A stretch of 64,000 nt of DNA, taken from contig NC_068995.1 in assembly GCF_001194135.2 (NCBI RefSeq), positions 36,641,376 through 36,705,375 of the forward strand, given 5' to 3'. Each line of letters opens with the position of its first letter. Positions within the stretch are counted from its first letter, which is position 1. The notes beneath the pieces are model-generated. The model made no database searches, was not told the DNA's origin, and saw only the letters and a program-made list of their open reading frames with translations. Source of the DNA: Octopus bimaculoides (lineage: Eukaryota). Both the position numbers and the translations under genes were made by a program. Positions 54,275 through 64,000 of the stretch are shown here, one piece after another.

Positions 54275-55300
54275 TTACTTTGTGTGCTTTTGCATGTCAA
54301 TGTGTTTGAATGTGTGCTGGTCTGAATGACTCCGTACTTGTAAGTCCTTTACTGGTGATCCTACTGGTAAATCTTCTCCGATTCTCGTCATGGGTTGGGT
54401 TTCCTCTTCTATTGCTTTGCACTTCTTCAATTCCACTGTTGTCAGTGACTTCCTTCTTTCTCTTTTTCTGGGTTTCACCTCCGCAAAATTCCCATCATGT
54501 TCTGTTTTCCGTTTCTGTTTTTTTTCTACCATTATATCTCCCTGAACACTCTCCTCTACCATTTCCACTGCTGCTCTAGGGCATTTCTTTCTCAAGTGCC
54601 CTCTTTCACCACATCTATAACACTTTGGGGGTCTCCCCTCCAACATTATTTCCAGCTTTTCTCCATTTGGTAGTTCCAAAGTTTCCGCCATTTCGTCATA
54701 ATATTTCGGGCTCACTGCACATATTATCTCTACTCTGTAGCCCCAGCATTTCACTTGTTGTGTTCGGCTTATCATTCCAATCCTCAGGTCTTTGCTTTTC
54801 TTCCTCAGCTCTGAATTAAAAATTGCGGCTATTATCCATTCTGGGTCTACTGGCAGTGGGATTCTTCCCGCCCTAACCCTCACGATTCTTTGCCCAAACA
54901 GTTTGGCATCAACGTCCATTTTTCTCCCTGTATCAGCCTGTTGTCGGTATTTTTTCACCTCCTCTGATACAAAGGTTACTACTATTGACGCATATTTCCT
55001 TCCTCTTGTAAAGAACGTTATCCTTTCTCCTATTTGTTCCTCCAAGATTTCTTCTATCTCTTTCTGCGGTGCGTGTTCAATTCTCCTATTCATATTCGAA
55101 AATGTTCTGAATATGACCGTCTTGTTTTCCATTTTCCTTTTTTCCTCCTCTGGCAGGGTCATTTTTATATTTGACCCTTCTTTCTTTATCATACTATAAT
55201 ATTTGGTTATCAACCCCTCATTCCACTGTATCATCTCCAGCTTCAGCACACGTCAGTCTAGGGGAACTTGACCTCTAGTAGCCTCCACATAACTTTTCAT
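54275..55300 (-). pseudogene. Array unit 3 ORF1-like zinc-knuckle ORF (unit spans the gap edge 53769 to 55400)
   Basis: ATG at 55300 (MKSYVEAT), in-frame TGA at 55255-55253, then a 324-codon ORF with CYRCGERGHLRKKC. Colinear with unit 1. Confidence 0.7.
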
Positions 55301-55400
55301 TTTTCAATTCTTCACCACCACCCAATGATGGTGGCCTCCCTCGCACAAAAAAATTCCACTTAGAATTCTTCAAAAAACAACAAAAATGTTCAGGTAGAGG

Positions 55401-55852
55401 TTAACTCTTTATTACTGGCACAAGGCCTAAACACAGAGGGGACATATACAGACATGTGGGAACAAAAAACACATGAAAGGATGAATGTGAAATGAATAAA
55501 ATTACAATGCAAATGAGATAGCCATCTCGCTCCCACTGCAAGATGAAACTGTCCATTCCCTTTCCTTTAAACCTATAGGAAAGGGTTTCTTTTTCCTTTT
55601 TTAAACCAAAAAGTTCAACCAAATGTTTTTCAGTTTTCACAGTTTCTAATTAAATTACGACTTACTACTTCATCTTCTCCTTTTCGTCCATATAATTCAC
55701 CACCGAGGTGCAAGGTTCAACATCTACCTCTGGCCTCAGTGGGTTCAGTCTCTCACAATGTCTTTCAATTTTGCAATTCTTTCAACTTTTAGGGTGTCCT
55801 ACTTCATTTAAAAATCTCACTCCTATTTGAATCTTGCGTGTTAGGGTAGAGG
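55401..55852 (-). mobile_element. Array unit 4, internally deleted copy
   Basis: The 5' terminus CCTCTACC is joined directly to sequence homologous to ~50770 of unit 1. It retains the ORF C-terminus and AATAAA (55408-55413). Confidence 0.65.
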
Positions 55853-57004
55853 TGGCACTGCCAAATTCCCATTCGCAATATATAGTTTTCAAAGTGACAA
55901 CTAGTCACTGATCTATAAATTAGAAAATTACTATTTGTAAATCTCTGTATGTTGCTGTAATTTAGCCCCAGGAGACATAGATGTCTCCTGGGGCTAAATT
56001 ACAGCAAAATTCGTCCTAAACCAGGACTGTCATGTTATGTTGGCAAATATTTTTTACTCCAAAGTACTGTTGCTGAATATCTCTCGTTGTGAGATTTACA
56101 AATAGTAACTTTCTGTGCTGACCACATCATCTTTGTTATTCCTCTTCGTCACCCTAACTCATTCACGCTTCATAATTCTATGTATAAAAGATTGCATTGG
56201 ACTAGCCTTATCTGCCTATCAAATTAACTATAGCTTCGTCCTTCTGTACAACTAGCCATCACTCTTTCCCCTCTAGGCCACGGGTTACCTACCATACGTC
56301 ACCTACCCTTACGTTTATCTTATTCCTTCTAGGCTACCTGTCACCACCGATACTTTTATCAACCGCTCCCCTCTCTCGCTTACAGTTCCAAGAACTATGT
56401 GTCTAACCCTAACCCTATCCCGCCCACTCATTCTGGCCAATAAGATCTCTCATTCGTCTTCCTCCTAATTTCTTCCATGGCTACGAGCAAAACGTACCCG
56501 TCCTAGATTTGTTTTTAGGATTTTCCACGTTTTCGCTCAAAACTCCTTTCACCCATTTCCAGACTCGCTCTGTCATTATTTACTTTCGTATTTCTTCTTC
56601 CGCCTCCTCGATTAATACATCTTGTTCCAAGACTGGAAAGCTGGAACTAAATGTAACGATTAATAAAGTTTTCAGCAGCTTCCAATAAATATGACTACAT
56701 TTCGTATTAACTACTCTTTTGTCCTTGATAACATAGCGTTTTGCTTTTGTCTTCTTATACACCCCACACACACAATATATAAGAATATATAATTATTTGT
56801 ATATGTATGTGTCTCAGTGAGCCAGTATTATTCATGAGAAAGTATACATCAGTACTTATGTAATATTTGTGCGTATCCGTGTGTGAATGTGCTATTTGCG
56901 ACTAACACTTTGATTGGTTTCAGTGTGTACATAAAAGAAAATATATAGAAAAAAAATAAATTATCCAATATTTGTAAATGCCACTTGACGAACGTCGCAT
57001 CTGA

Positions 57005-57115
57005 GTGAAAGAATGAGAAGAATAAAACAAAATCAGAGAGAGAAAGAGAAAGAAGGAAAGAGAGAAAGAATGAGAAGAATAAAACAAAATCAAAGAGAGA
57101 AAGAATGGAATGAAA
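57005..57115 (+). repeat. ~60-bp purine-rich tandem duplication; (TA)n(GA)n at 57271-57330
   Basis: gaaagaatgagaagaataaaacaaaatca occurs twice. Confidence 0.8.
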
Positions 57116-57267
57116 AGAATACGAAAAAAAATCTTATGAAATGAGGGAGGAGATTAAACAAAGGAGGAAGAGGAGAGGGAAGAAAAGCGATGAAGAAACT
57201 GCAGAAAAGAGGCTAGATAAGTGAGAAAATAGAAGGAAAGTAGAGGAAGAAGTAGAGTAGCCACCCC

Positions 57268-57313
<46 letters not shown>

Positions 57314-58431
57314 AGAGAGAGAGAGAGAGGGACACAAAGACAAACATACACCATGTGGTTGAATTGTTAGCGAGAAGCACTGATAAAAAAAAACTTGGAA
57401 TAGAAATGAACATCGTGCTAATTAATCGTTCACGCAACCTTTGCTCTTTGAAGAGTGTAAAATTTCATGTTGGTAGACGATAAGATTAGTGAAGGCCATC
57501 ATTAAGTACAAAACCAGTTTCGAAGTAGTAAAGTATAAAATCAACTGAATCAAACATCAGTATATTACTGGTACATGTTTTATCGATTTTTCAGAAGGAT
57601 GAACGGAAGAGTCAACAAGAGTAGTGTTTGGACTTTTGGTTGCTGACTTTCTGCCAATTTGCAGCCAAGGAAAAAAAGAGGATTTCATAATTAAGTATGC
57701 TATCAAAGCTATTGAAGAGCCACGGTGGCATTTATATCTTCCTACAAGATTATTTCACGATAACGTCAAAGGGTCGCTAAATAAGAATAAACGAAAGGGG
57801 AAAACATATTGTGATACGTTCATCTCTGTCTTCATGTTCAGTACCAGGAAGAACCAATTACAAAGAAACCACGTCTCTCCTCCGATTTGGTGAGAAGTTT
57901 AAGGCATGGTGAGAAATTTGAGCTCAGGACTATAAGCGAACCAATACTAACCAGTTGTACAGCAAGTTCGTTGGGTATGGAAAGTGAATAAAATATCACG
58001 TACGACCTACTTATTGTTAAATAGACTGTGATATCGAGACTTGAATGTTTTAAATAGTTTTGACAAAAATACAAAGCTACTGACACATAATGACGAATTG
58101 CAATAATGATAGCATCCTTTCATATCAAACAGATATGCAGAGAGAATTTGATGATAATTATGAATTTCCATATACACAAGAAATTCTGTCCTTTTTTTTC
58201 AAGCAAGTGCTATTTTTATACTGATGACAAAGTGAACTAAGATAAAAGGGATCAGAGACTTACAGAATGTTTATGGAGGTTTGGCAGTGAGAGTTTTTCT
58301 CTTATAAGATAAACTATTTATAATAAATTAATGCCTTTATAGTATCTGTACCAGTGGCAATATTTCTGATACTTAACTAGAGTTAAGGTAATTCGTTCCA
58401 GTGATATTAAAATTCATTAAAAATTCGTACT

Positions 58432-58645
58432 GGTAATGAGCTGGCAGAATCTTTACCGTGCCGGTAAAAATGATTAGCAGCATTTTTTCCGGCCTTACGT
58501 TCTGAGTTCATATGTCATCAAGGTCAACTTTGCCTTTCATCTTTCCGGGGTCGATAAAATAAGTACCAACTAAACACTGGGATCGACGTAATAGGCTAGT
58601 CACCCGCTGAATATTTCAGACCTTGTGTCGTTAGTAGAAAGGATA
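58432..58645 (+). mobile_element. SINE family B (CpG-retaining copy)
   Basis: gagctggcagaatc...gagttcatatg...ggggtcgataaaataagtacc...tagtagaaaggat. Confidence 0.8.
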
Positions 58646-59031
58646 TTTAAACTCGTAAGATCCTAATTTCAAATGGAAGCTTCCACATAAAGTGTTATTC
58701 GCAAGCTTCATATCAGAAGGGACGACAGAGAAAGAGGATTAGAATCCACTGCAGCCAATCTTTGAACATTGCATATCACTCAAACTAACAAAAAAGAAAT
58801 AGGGAAGTTCAAGACTGAGGAGATCAACATATTGCGAATTGGCAGTAAATTCCTCATGATGCAATAAGAACCAGATAATATCCTCTGTGATCACTGAATT
58901 AATTTAACAAGGACCCAGAGGAGGAAATTGTTTGCATTCCAACAGAAAGTTATGCATTGAAATTTTAACCGTAAATTTCAGAACGATGTCAACATTGACA
59001 CAGTGTAGCCTATTTGTGATTTGTGACTCAC

Positions 59032-59077
59032 CTGATGTCACATTGTAATACAAAACCAAGCGATAACCATAAAACAT
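59032..59077 (-). other. Candidate 46-nt 5'-UTR exon of host gene
   Basis: Strong acceptor (gatttcttttgtttattag) and strong donor (CAG|gtgagt). Its ATG frame stops in the next candidate exon, so it is probably UTR or a uORF. Confidence 0.5.
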
Positions 59078-60885
59078 CTAATAAACAAAAGAAATCCTAC
59101 AACCTTTAAAACTCAATGATATCAGTTGTGCCATTTTCTGTGGAAAAATAGTACGCATAAGATCAGAAACTACTTCAAAATGAAGTATTACTTATTTATG
59201 CAGTATGAGTCTTGCTACAATAATACAACCCAGCCTTGGAATAAATTGTAAAATGACTAGGGCGTTGGATTGGTCGAATTGTTAAAATATCCTACCACAT
59301 GAAGTGCTTAATTTAGATCTTTAAGTTTTTTCCAAGTTTAAATCTCGTCAAAGTCAACCTTGCTTTTCGTCCTTCCAGGGGATCCGATAAAATAAGTACT
59401 GTGGTCAATTTATATTCCTATAATGCATTCAATAGGAATTAAAAATGAAGAAGACTGCTGATCTTGAGTACATTCATATATTTGAATACAAAGAACATTG
59501 ATAGAACATTCCTATCAAAACTTTCACTAATTTTTAGGTCAGCTGTTCAACAGGCGTCAAGATTTTATTTTATTCAAGAAAGATGGTTTATGAACAACTG
59601 TTTCGAACCCTTGTCGTTGATTATAAATCCTCACATCTCTGAGTTTAAAAATATGTGCCTTTCAAAAAGAAAAAAAACCCATCTAGCATGCAAATTCATG
59701 TTTTTTCATGTAATACCATACTAGTATCCAAATTTTGAGTGACGGCACATAGTGAGTGTGTTCCGTTTTATATGATGAATTCAAAGAATTAAATCAAATA
59801 TACACAGAAAACAAAATTACTCCCATTCACCAGTAACAGTCGAAATATATGGAATATTTAAACGCTTCTTTTTCTATTCTACTGGAAGAATACATTCACA
59901 TCGATTGTATGTATGAAACCAAGGTATTTACCAGGAGGGAGGCGATATTAATAAAAGATGAAAAACCAAAGTGATTTGTGTGTGTAACTTTTAACTGTCT
60001 AGTACACATATCAACGAAATCAGCTTTCCTCGTTCAGTAAGTTTATCGATTCTTGATACTGTAATATTTTGTACGTATATGTCTAAGGAAGCTAACTTGG
60101 TTATCCACATCAGTGCATACATACAATATACGGAAAAGCGGGAGTGCCTAAGCAGTATATAGGTTCCCAAGGAAATCAGTGCATTCAGCCCTTTTGTCTT
60201 TGTTTGTTGACAGTAAACCACAGCATACATATATCAAAAATAGGTCCCTTGACCCATGACAGCTCCGAGCAATTGTTCAGAATGTCCATGCCCTACGACG
60301 GTGCTGGACAGAAGTACCGTATTTGATGGTATCAAAAGACGCACGGGTGTATTAGATGCGGCCTAATTTCAGCAGCGAATGATCAAGAGGAAAAGTTTTT
60401 AGTGTACTGCAACTTGTGGAAGACCCACACCTTCGCATGTAGGAACCAGGATGACTTTTTTTGTTTTTTTTTTGAGACTTTTTAGGGGTTTTTGTGTGCA
60501 TGTGTAGGAGGGAATAGTGCGTCTTGCATTCCATCAAATATAACATATACCCTGATTACATAACGGTCAGATATGCACAACACCTGGTACTACTTTGATC
60601 CGAAGAAGAGAGTCTGTCACTGTTAGCACGCTTTTGTGAGTTACTAAGTGATTAGAATGGCTCTTCTCCGATCTCAAACTTCATGGTCTGAGATCAATTC
60701 ACCGGCGAGACACGTATTACTTCGAAAGTGTGAGAGTTTGAGCAGAAACTTTTTCTTTAGACATAATTAGGATTTAGTGATTGAAAAATAATTTCCAGCT
60801 TTCATTAGTTACGATGTAATACCAGGGTAATCTTGTTTTTTTTTTTTAAATAAGATCTCTTGAAAATAAATTGCAAGATACTTAC

Positions 60886-61000
60886 CACTGTGAACCAAGA
60901 AATGTATTTGAATTGTAGTTAAAGTCACTATCCTCTTGGTTGTCCTGTCGCGCTTTCAGTACCAAATAAGTTCAGAGAGAGGTAGATTGGGAGGAAAGAG
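60886..61000 (-). other. Candidate non-coding first exon of minus-strand host gene (5' boundary approximate)
   Basis: Minus strand reads ...CACAGTG|gtaagtatc (consensus donor at 60885). It is preceded by a pyrimidine-rich TSS-like tract and has no long ORF. Confidence 0.5.
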
Positions 61001-61274
61001 ATATGAAGGGAGAGGAGAAAAAGTTATTTCGTGAATGGTTTAAAGTCTAAACTACGATAAGGATAACGATGGAAATCGAAATTGAGCTACAAATTACATT
61101 TTGTCACTGGGGGCTAATTAGACCCACCCCCCGCAAGAAAAACTGAATCCCTCCACCCCACACGCTTCCCACTTGAAATTTTTGACCTGAACACTCAGGC
61201 AAATTATCTCATTAGGTCTCCTGCAAAGAAAGCAATTTTTTAACACTACACTTTGTTCTGTATTTAACTCGTTA

Positions 61275-61358
61275 GATGTTTGGTATGGACAATGCACTTA
61301 CAAAAAACATATCGCATGCGATATGCTTTTTGTAAATGCATTGTCCATACCAAACATC
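61275..61358. repeat. 84-bp palindrome with no spacer
   Basis: 42-bp arms centred at 61316/61317, 2 mismatches. Confidence 0.9.
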
Positions 61359-61628
61359 AAAATACGACCACCGTATACATAGGGCCTTTACTGGTTTTAA
61401 GAGACGCTACTTGGCGCATGTTAGTTCATTCTCTAATATTAAGCACAATTCTTCTACTTCGTTGGCATAATTTATCCGTCATCTCAATGCAAATATTTAC
61501 TATAACTCCTCCTGCTCAGTTGTTAGGTCTGGAAAACCTTACAGGGGTTGTTGCACTGCGTGCAAATTGTGCAACAAAGAATTGCTTGAGATATTAAGCG
61601 AAAATAAGGATCTTCTTAAACTATATGA

Positions 61629-61796
<168 letters not shown>

Positions 61797-62199
61797 TGAT
61801 ATCCTCCAATTACAGGTTTATCCTTAAATCAGCAATATACTAAATCTCACTTCTATATAATATTTATTGGAGTAAACAATTAACTCGTATTTTGATCTGA
61901 CAATCTCCTTACTTTTATGCATTTCACTTTGTACATTTCTGCGAACATTTATTTTCATGGTCTAGTTAGATTTTCAACATACCTTAATTCGACGGAACTT
62001 TCAAGTCTTCCATATCTATCTCAGTTATATAATCTAATGCTCTTTTTTATAGCTCATCTTTATGTTTATATATTTAAAAAAAAAACTTCTTTACTCTTTT
62101 ATAACGGCGCCATTCATATCTATACGTTTGGACACTAATGCAACATCCAGTCTCCAATAAAGTGGCACTGCGGGCTAATTTGTATGGTGTGGTGGAAGG

Positions 62200-62560
62200 A
62201 AGACCAGAAACGGGGAAATATGACATTACGTCAGCGAGTGAGGAGTAAACTGGGGCGATAAATTAGGAGAGAAGACGATGGTGATGATGCGAGAGACCTT
62301 GAAGAGAGTGCGAGCGGAAGATTCAGTGAAGGGCAGCTGGTACGTGCCTGATACAAAGAAAGGGATCGTGTGGTGCGATGCAAGCAGCATAGCATTGGCA
62401 GTAATGCTGGAAATAGGTGTGGTGGATGACGCAGCGTGGCTTAAGAAGAAAGACGACACAGTGCGAGGGTGGGTGGAGTCAGTGATCACCAACCGGAAGG
62501 GGTTTCGCACGATAGGGGTCCTGTAGACGAGCTATTGATTGACCTCAGCGCAGTTGTGCA
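62200..62560 (+). mobile_element. LTR-retrotransposon RNase H remnant
   Basis: VWCDASSIALAVMLEIGVVDDAAWLKKKDD. Confidence 0.6.
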
Positions 62561-63135
62561 CCTTCTTTCTTTTTAATTGATCTCCTCTCACTACTCATTC
62601 CTCAAACTTATAGTTACGATCTGTCATTGACAGTCTAACTTCTCTATCACGAGAATAACCTTTGCATTTGTTTCGTTCTTTTTTTTTTCCATTTGTCATT
62701 CTCATCCGTCGTAAAGATATTCATGTATCAAGTTTCGTGTAAGTTGATGCTACGTCTGTTTTCTATTTTTTATTTATTTATTTTTTCTGTTTTAATTTGC
62801 CTTATTATATACACTTGTTTGCATAATATAAAAGAATAATGTAATTGAAGTATGCTGAAAATGTAAACAAAATTTGGGTAGGCAACAACTCATTTGCATA
62901 AAGGTGCAAGACTAAGCGACCCTTGATTTTAAAACTATACTTTCACTTGATAGATAAGCAGCTAATACTATTTTGATTGACGGCCGAGGCAGATATTTTC
63001 TGAATTTTCTTTTGAAGTTGGGGAAGAGGGCGGGGACATGGCTTGCAGTTATGATCTGTCACTGTAAAATTGTTTTCGTATTAAGTCTAACACTGTATTT
63101 AGTGCAGTAGTTCATCTTTCAATGTGAACTCATTA

Positions 63136-63328
63136 GGGTACTACTAAAGCAGCACGGACCCGAACGCGCAGTCGCGCGTCCGCGCTAGCTAGTCTTGAGT
63201 GGTCGATCCTAACCCTAACCCTATCCCTAACCCGCGTGTGCAAATGAATACGTGTTTAGGGTTAGGGTTAGGATCGACCACTCACGACTAGCTAGCGCGT
63301 TCGGGACCGTGCTGCTTTAGTAGTACCC
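63136..63328. mobile_element. Foldback MITE with inverted telomeric (TTAGGG)n tracts
   Basis: ~70-bp inverted arms starting GGGTACTACTAAAGCAGCACGG; TCATTA direct repeat on both sides. Confidence 0.75.
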
Positions 63329-63644
63329 TCATTAGGAAGAATTTGATTGTATTCTATCGTTTAGAATTTGCTGTTCATCTTTGTGTTGTTTAAGACAGAA
63401 AATAAATTTGGGTGATATTACTGTTTCCCATATCATTTCCATTTCGCAAAAGAACTTTTCACTTTATCATGGGGACTTTCCTTCAGTAATTTATCATTTC
63501 CTAGTTTTGATGGCATTTTCCACAACCTTTAGCATTCAATTTGGCCGATCTTTACATTGCAGTTGGCCTTTATATTTCAACTGTATGTATGTATACATGT
63601 ATGTATGCGAGAGTTTCGTGCGTTGGCACTTATCAATAAATATA

Positions 63645-63967
63645 GTGAAGGCCCATAGTTCAGTGGTTAGAGCGTCGGGCTCACAATCACGAGGTAGTGA
63701 GTTCGATTTAGAGCCCGGCTGTGAGTTGTGTTCTTGAGCAAGGCACTTTATTTTATGTTGCTCCAGTTCACTCAGTTGTAGAAATGAGTTGCAACGTCAC
63801 TGATGTCAAGCTGTATCGGCCTTTGCCTTTCCCTTGGATAACGTCGGAGGTTGGTATGCATGGGCGACTGTTCTTCCATATACAGCCTTGTCCAGACTTG
63901 TGCCCCGGAGGGGAACTTTCTAGGTGCAATCTCCTGGTCATTCCATGACCGAAGAGAGTCTTTACCC

Positions 63968-63970
<3 letters not shown>
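63645..63970 (+). mobile_element. tRNA-derived SINE family D (reverse partial copy at ~1655-1825)
   Basis: tagttcagtggttagagc A box, gagttcgattt B box, ttgagcaaggcacttta core-like motif, followed by (TACA)n. Confidence 0.8.
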
Positions 63971-63999
<29 letters not shown>

Positions 64000-64000
64000 C

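Overview
AT-rich, repeat-dense eukaryotic genomic DNA with five assembly gaps. The SINE and MITE families suggest an octopus (coleoid cephalopod); this is inferred, not database-checked. Most of the window appears intronic to a large minus-strand gene. Its candidate exons are 60886-~61000, 59032-59077, 48566-48640, ~41761-41950, 4248-4307 and an acceptor at 1399, and I could not identify the protein. The introns hold tRNA-derived SINEs of at least 4 families, TTAA (piggyBac-type) and TA (mariner-type) MITEs, and decayed RTE, R4/Dong, Penelope-like, Ty3/Gypsy and DD37D/maT-like fragments. The most unusual structure is a ~5.9 kb tandem array (50134-56114) of RT-less units encoding an L1/Tx1-ORF1-like zinc-knuckle protein, interleaved with a ~346 bp spacer carrying a TATA-like box at fixed spacing. 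Other oddities are several zero- or short-loop palindromes, a telomere-repeat foldback element with a 6-bp TSD, a decayed hammerhead-like motif and an apparent CpG-depletion boundary near 39.9 kb. No true tRNA, rRNA or CRISPR features were found. TE boundaries are approximate unless a TSD or TIR is cited.
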